Origin: a candidate division FCPU426 bacterium
GTDB taxonomy: Bacteria; Oederibacteriota; Muellerivitia; Muellerivitales; Muellerivitaceae
DNA: 64,000 nucleotides
Direction of reading: 5' to 3'
Assembly: GCA_963719085.1 (NCBI GenBank)
Contig: CAVRAL010000001.1
Location: forward strand, 544,001 to 608,000
The position numbers and the translations under genes were made by a program. The notes beneath the pieces were generated by a model. That model worked only from the letters and a program-made list of their open reading frames with translations, searched no databases and had not been told where the DNA came from. Below are positions 38,727 to 48,818 of this stretch, in pieces. Every line of letters starts with the position of its first letter. Positions within the stretch are counted from its first letter, which is position 1.

Positions 38727-41036
38727 GTGGTGAAATACTTCCCATCGGTCCGAGGGTGTCATTTGATTTTGTTCTTCCTGGCATTATCCTTTTTGCTTTA
38801 TCAAAACATCCCCGCTTTTTCAGAAACCATTACGGTTGGGGATACCAACGTTTCCTTAAGCATGGACGGCCACCTTCAAGATTGGCCCGATTGTCGAATG
38901 ATTAATCTGGACAACGCTGATCAGGTGGTTGAGGGGAAGTTTTTTTGGAAAGGGCCGGATGATTTCAACGGCCGTATTTTTATCACCTACGACCAAGAAT
39001 TTCTCTATTTGGCGGCGGTCGTGACCCGCAACGGGACCCCGACTAACGCCAACGCCCCCGCGATCCTTTGGAACGGGGATTGCCTGGAGGTCTATCTTTC
39101 GACCGATCCCGATCCCGCCGACCATCGGCGGTTGACCCGGGGTGATTACCATATCGGCATTTCGCCCGGGACCAAGTGCGCGAATTCCCAAGTCTGGTGT
39201 TTCAACCAGGGGAAAGCCGTGCCGGGAGCGCGGGTAAAAGCCAAGAACTCAAAAAAAGGTTATGTGCTTGAGGCAGCCTTGCCGCTAAAATTTTTCTCGG
39301 GCTTGAATATCGGGCCTCGTCAAACTTGCGGTTTCAATGTGGCTTTGGATGAAGGGGGGGCGGTGAGCGGAAATCGATTGGTTCAAATGGATCTTTCGGG
39401 ACACGCCAACAGTTGGCAAAACCCCTCGGTTTGGAACCGGATCGAATGGATCGGCGCGACCCAGGTTGCGGTGCCCCCGGCTGACGAAGAGGATGAAAAT
39501 TCGATTTTGGTCAAAGACGGAACCCAAGGCGCCATCTTTTTGGGTGTTAAAACTCTCGCCGGAGTTGTTTTGGATAGCGGGGGGAAGCCGCTCGCGGGCG
39601 CGAAAGTGAGCACTTGGCCCGCCACGGAGCCGGTAACCACCGACGCCGCCGGAAAATTCACCCTTGCTCAGGTGAAGGTTTACCGCCAGACGGTCATTTA
39701 TGGGCGGCAAGACGGCTATTACACCTCGCTGGGAGTTCCCAATCCGGCTTCCTGGGCCACCACGATCCGGTTATCGGCCATGCCGGTCTCCGTTTTGGAT
39801 TCCCATCATGGGTTGAATCCTGTTTTTTGGGGGGCGAATATTTCATTGGCTCCGGGTGGTTTGAATCTGCCGACGGATTTGCCGGTGAGTTTGGTCAAGA
39901 CCTTAGGGTTGGGGATTCTCTGGCTCAAAGCGGATGGACTTGAGAATAGGGATCCGGCCGCCCAAAAGGATATCTTGGACCAATGGGTCGCCTATGCCCA
40001 GGCGATCGGGGCCGAGCCGGCGGTTGAGGTCCCGATTGGGCCCAACGCTTCCGATTTGGGAACCGAATGGGCGGGGATGGCCGGGGGTAAAATTCATTAT
40101 TGGACTCTGGGAAACGAACCGGACCGTCCGGCCCCCTCATTGTCCGTTTCTTTTCAAAATTACAACGCGTATGACTACATCAATGATTTTCGGGAATTTT
40201 ACAATTCGGTTAAAAGGGTTGATCCTTCGTTAATCGTTTTAGGGCCGAATTTGGCTTTCCCCGAGGCGGAAGACGCAAAAGACTGGCTGACTCCCTTTCT
40301 GCGGTTTGACGGGGACATCGTTAATCTTGTCTCAGCGGCCCATTACGCGGGTGATTCCCGGGCCCAGGCTTCCGCTTCGAATTTGGCGGAAGACGCCCGG
40401 GTATTCGCGCCGGATTTTCAAACACTCCAGAGCAAGGTTTCTCAAAACTCCGACATTTATATTCCGGTTGTCATCTCCAATGTCGGGCTTTATCCCGCGC
40501 CGGTCTCGATGTCCGCCCTGGGCGCCGCCGGTAGCGATCCGGTGACGGATTTCACGGACGCGCTTTGGGAAGCGGAAGTGGCGGGGACGCTGCTTCAAGC
40601 GGGGGCCTGTATGGGCGCTTTCGGCGACTTGGAAAGGCCGGATGGTTTGGGTCTCATTTCCAAGGGAAACCTAAATCCGGCGGCTTGGGTTTTGAAGATT
40701 TTCGCCGGCCGTTGGAAAGGGGTTCCTGTGACAGCCCAAGTTTTGAAACCATTGATCAGTGTTTACGCGGCGCAGGATCCCCAAACCAAGGATCTGTCGC
40801 TTTTTATTCTCAATCGAAGCCATCAATATTATTGGCTCAACATTTCCCTGAACGGACAAAGCGATGATTTGGCCGTGGACGCGGGCCTTGATTCCCATTT
40901 TCGCTTCGAGGTTCCGGATCAAGCGGTGGCTTCTTTAAGGATTAAGGCCGACCATTCGCCGGGGGACGCCGAGATTTATACGGCGAAGATGGCCGAGGCG
41001 GAACAAGCGCCTTCGGTCCAAGCCTTAAAACCTTGA
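38727..41036 (+). CDS. Secreted multidomain carbohydrate-active-like protein: CBM9/DOMON-like, carboxypeptidase-regulatory-like Ig, clan GH-A-like barrel
   Basis: Signal peptide; MDGHLQDW...YLAAVV...WNGDCLEVY...GYVLEAALP; GVVLDSGGKPLAGAKV..TTDAAGKF; YWTLGNEPD. Confidence 0.7.
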   Translation: MVKYFPSVRGCHLILFFLALSFLLYQNIPAFSETITVGDTNVSLSMDGHLQDWPDCRMINLDNADQVVEGKFFWKGPDDFNGRIFITYDQEFLYLAAVVTRNGTPTNANAPAILWNGDCLEVYLSTDPDPADHRRLTRGDYHIGISPGTKCANSQVWCFNQGKAVPGARVKAKNSKKGYVLEAALPLKFFSGLNIGPRQTCGFNVALDEGGAVSGNRLVQMDLSGHANSWQNPSVWNRIEWIGATQVAVPPADEEDENSILVKDGTQGAIFLGVKTLAGVVLDSGGKPLAGAKVSTWPATEPVTTDAAGKFTLAQVKVYRQTVIYGRQDGYYTSLGVPNPASWATTIRLSAMPVSVLDSHHGLNPVFWGANISLAPGGLNLPTDLPVSLVKTLGLGILWLKADGLENRDPAAQKDILDQWVAYAQAIGAEPAVEVPIGPNASDLGTEWAGMAGGKIHYWTLGNEPDRPAPSLSVSFQNYNAYDYINDFREFYNSVKRVDPSLIVLGPNLAFPEAEDAKDWLTPFLRFDGDIVNLVSAAHYAGDSRAQASASNLAEDARVFAPDFQTLQSKVSQNSDIYIPVVISNVGLYPAPVSMSALGAAGSDPVTDFTDALWEAEVAGTLLQAGACMGAFGDLERPDGLGLISKGNLNPAAWVLKIFAGRWKGVPVTAQVLKPLISVYAAQDPQTKDLSLFILNRSHQYYWLNISLNGQSDDLAVDAGLDSHFRFEVPDQAVASLRIKADHSPGDAEIYTAKMAEAEQAPSVQALKP

Positions 41037-41992
41037 GCCAGGGACAGGCGCGAATGCGGGAAGGAAAACCGGAGCCGGGAATGATTCAAGTGAATCCTCT
41101 GGACTCGCTTGTTTTTTGCTATCAGGCGGTTATCTCGCTGGTCATTCTTTTTTCAAAAATTCCCGATGAGGACAAGACTCGTTTATTGGTTGAGCATCTT
41201 ATCTTTTTTGCCGGTCTTGTTTTGTTTTTGAAGGTGGTTCAGGCTTTTGACAACCCGGCGGCCCGGTTTTTCCGGGAAATGTACCCTTTGATCTTGATGC
41301 TTTTCTTTTACAAGGAAGTGGGCTTGCTGATCCACGGCTATTTTGATTGGAGCCTGGATGACTGGCTTTTGAGCAAGGACTATCAATTGGGGCATATCGC
41401 CCTGTCGGTTTGGCATTTACAGCAGTTTCATCCGCCGTCCCGATTTTTAAACGAGATTTTCAGTTTGGGATACGGCTTTTACCTGGTACTTATCCCGGGG
41501 GCGGCTTTCATCCTCTATTTCCGGGCGTCGCTGGCGGTTTTCAGGACATTTCTATTTTCGATCAGCTTCACTTATTATCTATGTTACTTATTGTTCATTT
41601 TTTTTCCGGCGGAAAGCCCCCGGTTTTATATCCCCGGCCTTCGGGAGTCCCTTCAGGGCTATTACATTTCCGATTGGGTTCATACGGTGGTGGAAGGGAA
41701 CGCCTTTCCCGGCGGATCGTTTCCCAGTTCCCATATCGCCGCCTCGGTCATCTGCCTTCGCGCTTTTCCTTATTTAGGCCGGTTTCGCTACCTGGCGGGT
41801 TTTTTCATGTTGCTTTTGGTTTTGGGGACCATTTACGGACGTTATCATTATTTCATTGATGTGACAGCCGGTTTAGTAGTAGGTTTAGCTTGTTACGCAT
41901 TAGCGCCTTGGCTTCAAAAACGCTGGCCACTCGTCTTGAATTGGAAACAGGAACCCTATGGAAGACCCCAAGAAACCGCTCACGGAGGCTGA
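41033..41992 (+). CDS. PAP2-superfamily membrane protein, Aur1/inositol-phosphorylceramide-synthase-like
   Basis: Multi-TM; FFPAESPRF, FPSSHIA and TIYGRYHYFIDV motifs; start codon uncertain. Confidence 0.75.
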   Translation: MSQGQARMREGKPEPGMIQVNPLDSLVFCYQAVISLVILFSKIPDEDKTRLLVEHLIFFAGLVLFLKVVQAFDNPAARFFREMYPLILMLFFYKEVGLLIHGYFDWSLDDWLLSKDYQLGHIALSVWHLQQFHPPSRFLNEIFSLGYGFYLVLIPGAAFILYFRASLAVFRTFLFSISFTYYLCYLLFIFFPAESPRFYIPGLRESLQGYYISDWVHTVVEGNAFPGGSFPSSHIAASVICLRAFPYLGRFRYLAGFFMLLLVLGTIYGRYHYFIDVTAGLVVGLACYALAPWLQKRWPLVLNWKQEPYGRPQETAHGG

Positions 41993-42368
41993 AAAACAGA
42001 TTTTGCGCCTGGAATCCCTGCGCGCGAGGCGGGAAGAGGATTCCAAACAGTCGGTGGAAAAGGCTTTTATGCCGCCCCGAACCGTGGTGGAACAAACTAT
42101 TGAGAAGCTGAACGCCATGAAGGCCCAGGCCCGGAAGCCCGCCACTGCCCGCCGTCCCAAAATGGAGGGGAAACAAAAGAGCGCGAAAATTCATACCCTC
42201 CAATTGACTGTGTTGGAGCAATTGCTGGCGAAGGACAAGCGGTTGAAGAGCAGCCGGATTATCCGGATCGCCGTCAGCCGGCTTTTGGAGCTTGATTTAA
42301 CGGCCGAGGAAGTGGAGTTGGAAACCCGGATCGGAGAAATCCTCCGCCAAATTAAAAATCGTCCCTGA
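41958..42368 (+). CDS. Hypothetical basic protein, possible C-terminal ribbon-helix-helix
   Basis: 136-aa ORF overlapping the PAP2 stop; pattern KQKSAKI-helix-SSRIIRIAVSRLL. Confidence 0.55.
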   Translation: MEDPKKPLTEAEKQILRLESLRARREEDSKQSVEKAFMPPRTVVEQTIEKLNAMKAQARKPATARRPKMEGKQKSAKIHTLQLTVLEQLLAKDKRLKSSRIIRIAVSRLLELDLTAEEVELETRIGEILRQIKNRP

Positions 42369-42433
42369 TTTTCCCGCCGAAACAGCGCCCCTGATTTTAT
42401 CTTATTCCTATTCGAAACACCCTGGAGATTGAC

Positions 42434-42634
42434 TTGAAGGTTTGGATCAATGGAGAATTAAAGGATCTGGCGGAAGGCGCGCATATGGCCGATTTGATTA
42501 AGTCCCTGGGCATCCGGCCTGAAACCGTGGTTTCGGAATTAAATCTTAAAATTATCCAGGCGGCCGAACGGTCCCAAACCCGCTTGTCGGAGGGGGACCG
42601 GGTGGAGCTGATTCAATTCGTGGGCGGAGGCTGA
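42434..42634 (+). CDS. thiS: Sulfur carrier protein ThiS
   Basis: MKVWINGE...[16 protein letters not shown] with C-terminal GG. Confidence 0.95.
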   Translation: MKVWINGELKDLAEGAHMADLIKSLGIRPETVVSELNLKIIQAAERSQTRLSEGDRVELIQFVGGG

Positions 42635-42636
42635 GC

Positions 42637-43431
42637 ATGGCGGCGACTTTGAACAAAATACAATCGGAAGATACCTATCAGATTAACGGCCGGACCTTCA
42701 CGTCCCGGCTTTTGGTGGGAACCGGTAAATACGCGACGAATGAGTTGATGGCCGATTGTTTGGAAGCGACCGGGACCGAGATGGTCACTGTGGCGCTTCG
42801 GCGGATTCCGCTGAATCAAAAGAACGAAAAAAACCTGCTGGACTTTATCGATCTCAAAAAGTGCACCCTTTTGCCGAACACGGCGGGTTGTTACAGCGCG
42901 GAGGAAGCGATTCGGGTGGCCCACTTGGCCCGGGCCGCCGGATTGTCGGAGTTTATCAAGCTGGAAGTGCTTTTTGACGAAAAGACCCTCTTGCCTGATC
43001 CCATCGCCACCTTGGAAGCCACTAAAATTTTAGTCCAAGAAGGTTTCACCGTCATGACCTATACCTCGGACGATCCTGTGATGGCCCAAAAGCTGGAGCA
43101 GGCCGGCGCCCACGCGGTCATGCCGGCGGGTTCGCCCATTGGATCGGGTCAGGGCGTGCTCAATCCCAATAACATCCGCATCATCTTGGAAAAATTAAAG
43201 TGCCCCGTTTTAATCGACGCGGGAGTGGGTTCGGCTTCGGACGTGGCTTTTGCCATGGAGCTGGGCGTGGTGGCGGTTCTTTTAAACACGGCCATCGCCC
43301 ACGCGAAAGACCCTTTGCGGATGGCTTACGCCATGAAGAACGCCTGCGAGGCGGGCCGCCTGTCCTACTTAGCGGGCCGCATTCCTAAAAAGCTGTACGC
43401 CCAAGCCTCCACTCCGGATAAGGATTTTTAA
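42637..43431 (+). CDS. thiG: Thiazole synthase
   Basis: [42 protein letters not shown]. Confidence 0.97.
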   Translation: MAATLNKIQSEDTYQINGRTFTSRLLVGTGKYATNELMADCLEATGTEMVTVALRRIPLNQKNEKNLLDFIDLKKCTLLPNTAGCYSAEEAIRVAHLARAAGLSEFIKLEVLFDEKTLLPDPIATLEATKILVQEGFTVMTYTSDDPVMAQKLEQAGAHAVMPAGSPIGSGQGVLNPNNIRIILEKLKCPVLIDAGVGSASDVAFAMELGVVAVLLNTAIAHAKDPLRMAYAMKNACEAGRLSYLAGRIPKKLYAQASTPDKDF

Positions 43432-43434
43432 AGT

Positions 43435-44073
43435 TTGAACGAACTTCAGTCTCGGTTATCGAAGGCCCGGCTTTACTTTATCAGCGGCCTCTCCCCGGGA
43501 TTGCCCGCGTTGGAGGCGGCCCTCGAGGGCGGCGTCCAAATCCTCCAATTGCGCGATTATAATTTGGCGGACGCGGAACTTTTGGAAGCGGCCAAAACCC
43601 TGCGGGCTTTGACCCTTAAAACTAAAACCCTTTTCATCGTCAATAACCGGCCGGATATCGCGGTTTTATCCGAGGCGGATGGCGCTCATGTGGGCCAGGG
43701 CGATATGCCGGTGGCGCAAGCCCGCAAAATTTTGGGTCCGGATAAGATTTTGGGTGTTTCCACCCACGCCCTTGACCAAGCGAAGAGGGCATTGGCCGAG
43801 GGGGCCGATTACATTGGCGTGGGCCCGGTTTACGCCACTCCCACCAAGGCGGGCCGGGAGCCGGTGGGACTGGATTATGTGCGGCAAGTGGCTTCGTTGA
43901 AATCCGCGGTTCCTTTTTTCGCCATTGGGGGAATTGACGCGCAAAACTTAACCCCGGTGCTGGAGGCGGGCGGCCGCCGAATCGCCGTGGTCCGGGCCCT
44001 GGGAGAAGCGAAGCGGCCCGAAGCGGCCGCTCAGACTTTGCTTCAAACCCTGGAAAAATACCCGCTTTCATAA
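43435..44073 (+). CDS. thiE: Thiamine-phosphate synthase
   Basis: QLR, GAHVGQGD, GVSTH, GPVYATPTK, AIGGI. Confidence 0.95.
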   Translation: MNELQSRLSKARLYFISGLSPGLPALEAALEGGVQILQLRDYNLADAELLEAAKTLRALTLKTKTLFIVNNRPDIAVLSEADGAHVGQGDMPVAQARKILGPDKILGVSTHALDQAKRALAEGADYIGVGPVYATPTKAGREPVGLDYVRQVASLKSAVPFFAIGGIDAQNLTPVLEAGGRRIAVVRALGEAKRPEAAAQTLLQTLEKYPLS

Positions 44074-44154
44074 GCTTTTGGACCCTTTCACGCCCTTGAG
44101 TTTGGCACCGACCCAAGCCTATAATTACGAATAAGTTAAATAAGTGAGGTTTTC

Positions 44155-44679
44155 ATGCTGCGCCCGATCGTCCTTTATCCTGACCCCCGGCTCCAACTCA
44201 AGAGCAAGCCGGTGACCCAATTCGACGAGTCCTTAAAGGTTTTGGCCGCTGATATGACCGAAACCATGCGGGACGCCTTTGGCGTGGGGCTGGCGGCGAT
44301 TCAAATCGGCGAGCCGATCCGGATGATGGTCATGGATGTCCATTACGATCAGGAAGACAAAGGGGAAGCCTTGGCCCTGTGCAATCCGGTTCTTTTGGAA
44401 GAAGAAGGGACCGATCTTTCCGAGGAAGGGTGCCTCTCCATCCCGGATTTGCGCGAGGAAGTGGAGCGCGCGCTGAAGGTTAAAATCAAAGCCCAAACCC
44501 TGGACGGCGTCGAGCAGACCTTCGAGTTTGAGGGGTTGCTGGCCCGCTGCGTCCTGCATGAGATCGACCACATGAACGGACAGCTTTTCATCCAAAAAAT
44601 TCCGGCCGTGAAGCGCCTGTTTCTAAAACGCCAGTTGGATCAGTTGAAGAAGAATTACAAAGAATCCGTTCGACTCTGA
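44155..44679 (+). CDS. def: Peptide deformylase
   Basis: GVGLAAIQIG, EGCLS, HEIDH. Confidence 0.97.
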   Translation: MLRPIVLYPDPRLQLKSKPVTQFDESLKVLAADMTETMRDAFGVGLAAIQIGEPIRMMVMDVHYDQEDKGEALALCNPVLLEEEGTDLSEEGCLSIPDLREEVERALKVKIKAQTLDGVEQTFEFEGLLARCVLHEIDHMNGQLFIQKIPAVKRLFLKRQLDQLKKNYKESVRL

Positions 44680-44713
44680 TTTTCCCCCACCTTCCGCGCA
44701 CAAGGCCCTTTCG

Positions 44714-45664
44714 GTGAATCCATTCAAGATTGTTTTTATGGGGACATCGGAATTCGCCGTGCCCATCCTAAAAGCCCTCCGGTTTTCCAGCGACCTGATC
44801 GCGTTGGTGGTGACCCAGCCCGATCGGCCGGCGGGCCGGGGTTTAGAGCTGCGGGCCTCCCCGGTCAAAACCGAGGCCTTGAAATTGGGCCTTTCGATTT
44901 TTCAGCCAGAAAAAATTAAGGAACCGGAAGCGGTTGAGAATATTAAACAGCTGAACCCGGATCTTTTAATTGTGGCGGCTTATGGGCAGATCCTTCCCAA
45001 GACGGTTCTGGAGATTCCGAAAATCGCCTGTTTGAATATTCATGGATCGCTCCTTCCCAAATATCGGGGCGCCGCGCCGATTCATTACGCGGTGATGGCG
45101 GGTGAAACCGAAACGGGCGTCACGGTTATTTACATGAACGAGAAAATGGATGAGGGGGACATTCTTCTGAGCGAAAAAATCCCGGTGGGTGCCGATGAGA
45201 CGACGGGCCGGCTCCATGACCGCTTGTCCGAATTGGGCGCCAAGGCCATTTTGAAATCCATCGAGCTTTTGGCCCAAGGGAAGGCAAAGCGGATTCCCCA
45301 GGAGGTTTCCCAGGCCACTTACGCCCCGAGCCTGAAGCGGGAACAGTGTAAAATTCAGTGGGACAAGACCTCCGCGCAAATCGTGAATCAGGTCCGGGGC
45401 CTTTCGCCCTGGCCTTCGGCCGAAACCGGCTGGAACGGGAAGCAACTGAAGGTTTTCGCGGCTCAAATAGCCGCCGCGGAGGGCTCGGGAAAGGCGCCCC
45501 TTACGGGACAAGTGCTCTCCATCGAAAAAGAGGGTATAACAGTGGCCGCGCTTCAAGGCCGGGTTTTATTGAAAGAAGTGCAGCCTCCGGGTAAACGCCG
45601 GATGAGCGCTTACGACTTTTCATTGGGCCATCCTGATTTCAAGATAGGTGAAACACTCGCATGA
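44714..45664 (+). CDS. fmt: Methionyl-tRNA formyltransferase
   Basis: VFMGTSEFA, VTQPDRPAGRG, NIHGSLLPKYRGAAPI. Confidence 0.97.
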   Translation: MNPFKIVFMGTSEFAVPILKALRFSSDLIALVVTQPDRPAGRGLELRASPVKTEALKLGLSIFQPEKIKEPEAVENIKQLNPDLLIVAAYGQILPKTVLEIPKIACLNIHGSLLPKYRGAAPIHYAVMAGETETGVTVIYMNEKMDEGDILLSEKIPVGADETTGRLHDRLSELGAKAILKSIELLAQGKAKRIPQEVSQATYAPSLKREQCKIQWDKTSAQIVNQVRGLSPWPSAETGWNGKQLKVFAAQIAAAEGSGKAPLTGQVLSIEKEGITVAALQGRVLLKEVQPPGKRRMSAYDFSLGHPDFKIGETLA

Positions 45665-47214
45665 CCGACTCACCGAAGTCCAACTCGCCGATTCTCCCGA
45701 AAAAGTCCGGCAAACCATTTTCTAAAAATCCGGGAGCTGGAGCCCGCCCCTTGAAGGCGCGGCCGTTCAAGGGAAAATCCTCAAAAGGCCCCGGCGGTTC
45801 CGGGCCTCGCCGGCCTGGTTCGTCCGACGCGCGCCGCCCCCGTGATTTTTCCAAGCGGCCTTCCGGTCCCCGGGAAGAAAAAACGGCCCGCCGGGATACG
45901 GTATCCCCCTCCCGTTGGTACGCGGCGGACGCGCTTTTGAAGATTGAAAAGGGTTCCAAGGTGGCGGATGTTTTTAAGGGATTGGGGGAGTTGAAACCGG
46001 AGGACCAATCCTTGAGCCGGGAACTCATTTATGGCTGCACCCGGCAAAAAAGGCTTTTAGACTACTACCTGGCCTCTTTTTGCTCAAAACCCTATCAAAA
46101 ACTGCCGTTTGAGATCCGGATTGCCCTGCGGCTGGGTCTTTACCAACTGATGTTTTTGGACCGGATTCCGGCCCACGCGGCGGTGAATGAATCGGTGGGG
46201 CTGGTCAAAAAAACCCCCTTTCCGGACTTGGCGGGATTAGTGAACGCCTTGCTTCGCGGTGCCGAGACCAAGAAAAATGAGCTGGCGGTCAAAGGCAATG
46301 ACGACATCCAAACCCTGGCGATCCGCTATTCCCATCCCGATTGGATGGTTCATCGTTGGGGCGCGAGACTTTCGCCGAAAAAACTGGAAGCGCTTTTAAA
46401 GTCCAATAACCTGCCGCATCCGGTCTTTCTGCGGATGAATCCGGAACATCCTGAAAAGATTTTAGAAAGCCTTGCCCAGCAGAACTTCAAGGTCGAGCCC
46501 CTGGCCTGGCCGCCCCATACGGCCCAGGTCATGGATAAAGGAATCGGGCTTTTTGAGACGGACAGTTTTCACCAAGGGGATTGGATCGTTCAGGACTGGG
46601 TCCCCCAAGCCATGCTGGAATTGGTGCCGGTGGAGCCGGGACAAAAAATCTGGGACGTTTGCGCGGCCCCGGGTGGAAAAACAATTGGATTGGCTTGGCG
46701 GGTGGGGGCCAGGGGACAAGTCGTTGCCAGTGACGCGGCGCCGGAGCGGCTTCGCAAGCTTCAGGAAAACTTGAGGCGGATTCAAATGAACCAAATTCGG
46801 GTCAATGAAAGCCCTATCGCGAAGCTGCCGCCTTCCCAAAAGTTTGACCTGGTTTGGGTCGACGCGCCTTGCAGCGGAACGGGCGTACTTTCGCGCCGGG
46901 CGGACTTGCGCTGGAAACTGGAGCAAAGAGAAATCGCGGTCCAAGCCACCCGCCAAGTGGAGCTGTTGAATGAGGCTCAGGGACATATTTACGCCAATGG
47001 CTTGCTGGTTTACAGTACCTGTTCCTTGGAACCGGAAGAGAACGACCAAGTGATCGAAACCTTTATCGCCGGGCATCCGGAATACGAGGCTTACTTTCCC
47101 GCGGTCCCGGTGGACCGGCTGGAAATCGAGAAGCAGAAGCATGGGTTTTTATTTTGGCCTCAAGCCGATCACGACGGCGGTTATTTGGCCCTGCTTCGAA
47201 AAAAGATGGTTTGA
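45661..47214 (+). CDS. rsmB: 16S rRNA m5C967 methyltransferase RsmB (NusB-like N-domain, basic N-terminal extension)
   Basis: LRLGLYQL...HAAVNESV; DVCAAPGGKT; DAPCSGTG; YSTCSLEPEEN; follows fmt. Confidence 0.93.
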   Translation: MTDSPKSNSPILPKKSGKPFSKNPGAGARPLKARPFKGKSSKGPGGSGPRRPGSSDARRPRDFSKRPSGPREEKTARRDTVSPSRWYAADALLKIEKGSKVADVFKGLGELKPEDQSLSRELIYGCTRQKRLLDYYLASFCSKPYQKLPFEIRIALRLGLYQLMFLDRIPAHAAVNESVGLVKKTPFPDLAGLVNALLRGAETKKNELAVKGNDDIQTLAIRYSHPDWMVHRWGARLSPKKLEALLKSNNLPHPVFLRMNPEHPEKILESLAQQNFKVEPLAWPPHTAQVMDKGIGLFETDSFHQGDWIVQDWVPQAMLELVPVEPGQKIWDVCAAPGGKTIGLAWRVGARGQVVASDAAPERLRKLQENLRRIQMNQIRVNESPIAKLPPSQKFDLVWVDAPCSGTGVLSRRADLRWKLEQREIAVQATRQVELLNEAQGHIYANGLLVYSTCSLEPEENDQVIETFIAGHPEYEAYFPAVPVDRLEIEKQKHGFLFWPQADHDGGYLALLRKKMV

Positions 47215-48806
47215 ATCGAATCAAAGGATATTTTTTGAGGAAACAAGTTCTTTTTTTATTTTTTATTTTTCTTGTGGTTTTCCCGGGCCTGTCCACGTTC
47301 GGGGAAGAGGCCGTCTTTTATGATTTGATGCTCAAAGGCGGGTTGGTGGTGGATGGCAGCGGGTTGCCGCCTTACCGGGCGGACGTGGCTTTTAAAGACG
47401 GCCGGGTGGCCGCCATCGGCCATTTGGACGAGTCTCAAGCCGGCCAGGTTATCGACGCCACGGGCCAAGTGGTGGCCCCGGGTTTTATCGACATTTTAAG
47501 GCACAATGACATCCTTTGGTCCCGGGAGGAACAGGAGCGGGCGATCCGGGAAGGGATCACCTTGGCCTTATCGGGCAATTGTGGTTTTTCCGTTTTGGAT
47601 GTTCAAAAAAACCTTGAAAAGCTTGATCGAAACCCGGGACTTTTAAATTTGGCGACGCTGATCGGCCAGGGAAGCGTCCGGGATTGGTTCGTAAAGGGCA
47701 ATCGCCAGAAGCCGGCCACGGCGGCCCAAATGGTTTTGATGAAGGATTTTGTGGCCAAGGCCTTGGACCAGGGCGCGTTTGGACTTTCCAGTGGGCTAGG
47801 TTATGAGCCGGGCGAGTGGTGTCAACCGGACGAATTGGAAGCTTTGGGCTCGGTCTTGACCCGTTATCCGCACGCGGTTTATTACACCCACATCCGCAAT
47901 TACCGCTCCAATGTTTTATCGGCCATCCAGGAAGCCATTCAATTGGGTAAAGACGACCAAGTTCCAGTCGTCATCCAGCATTTACTATTTAAATTGCCCA
48001 GCAACTGGGACCAGACCGAGAGCGGCTTGCGGCTTTTAGAGGACGCCCGGGCCCAAGGGCAGTCGGTTTACGCCAGCGTCTATCCTTATGATTTCTGGGG
48101 AAACGAAGTCCAGATTCCGCTCACCCAATTTCTTTACCTAACGCCTGAAACCTACCGCTGGTCTTACTACAACAGCCCCGACCGATTGACCGGGACTTTA
48201 TCCCTGATTCATCGGCGGTTGATGGAATATGGCGGAGGGGACAAGGTTGAAATCACCCGGACCGGCCATAAAAAAGAAGCGGATTGGATTGGTTTGACGA
48301 TCAAAGATTTGGCCAAGCTCCGGGGACTGACTGAGGACGAGACGGTTTTGGCCCTCATCTTGGAAAATGGGAAAGATCTAAAAATCTGCTATCACGGGCT
48401 TTCGGAAGCGGGACTCATTAAAAAAATACAGGCGCCCTACATTTTGTTCGGGTCCGACTCCACCGGCAATATCCCGCATCCCCGGGATGTGGGGGCTTTT
48501 CCCCGGCTGATTGGAACCTATGTCCGTGACAAGCGGGTGGTTCGTTTATCCGAAATTATCGAGCGGTTGACCCGGGAACCCGCGCTTTTGATGGGTTTGA
48601 AGGACCGGGGCTTATTGAAAGACGGCTATTGGGGCGACGCGGTGGTTTTTAATTTTAATACGATCGCCGATAAAGCCAGCGCTTCCGCGCCCTGGGAAAG
48701 GCCCGTGGGCGTCAATACGGTGGTGGTGAATGGCCAGGTCGTCATGCAGAACGGGGAGATGACGGGTAAAATTCCCGGTAAGGTTTTAAGGCGAAGCAAT
48801 CAGTAA
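47211..48806 (+). CDS. Exported amidohydrolase, N-acyl-D-amino-acid deacylase family
   Basis: Signal-like N-terminus; GGLVVDGSG, VAPGFID, GNCGFS, GAFGLSSGL, THIR, GSD, HPR..GAFPR; TTG at 47211 overlaps the rsmB stop. Confidence 0.85.
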   Translation: MNRIKGYFLRKQVLFLFFIFLVVFPGLSTFGEEAVFYDLMLKGGLVVDGSGLPPYRADVAFKDGRVAAIGHLDESQAGQVIDATGQVVAPGFIDILRHNDILWSREEQERAIREGITLALSGNCGFSVLDVQKNLEKLDRNPGLLNLATLIGQGSVRDWFVKGNRQKPATAAQMVLMKDFVAKALDQGAFGLSSGLGYEPGEWCQPDELEALGSVLTRYPHAVYYTHIRNYRSNVLSAIQEAIQLGKDDQVPVVIQHLLFKLPSNWDQTESGLRLLEDARAQGQSVYASVYPYDFWGNEVQIPLTQFLYLTPETYRWSYYNSPDRLTGTLSLIHRRLMEYGGGDKVEITRTGHKKEADWIGLTIKDLAKLRGLTEDETVLALILENGKDLKICYHGLSEAGLIKKIQAPYILFGSDSTGNIPHPRDVGAFPRLIGTYVRDKRVVRLSEIIERLTREPALLMGLKDRGLLKDGYWGDAVVFNFNTIADKASASAPWERPVGVNTVVVNGQVVMQNGEMTGKIPGKVLRRSNQ

Positions 48807-48818
48807 AGAGGCGGCAAG

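Noticed and set aside
44103..44118. TGGCAC upstream of def (and TGGCGC near 12324) as sigma54 promoters
   Set aside because: The GG-to-GC spacing is off by one. For def, a TATAAT at 44120 suggests sigma70 instead.
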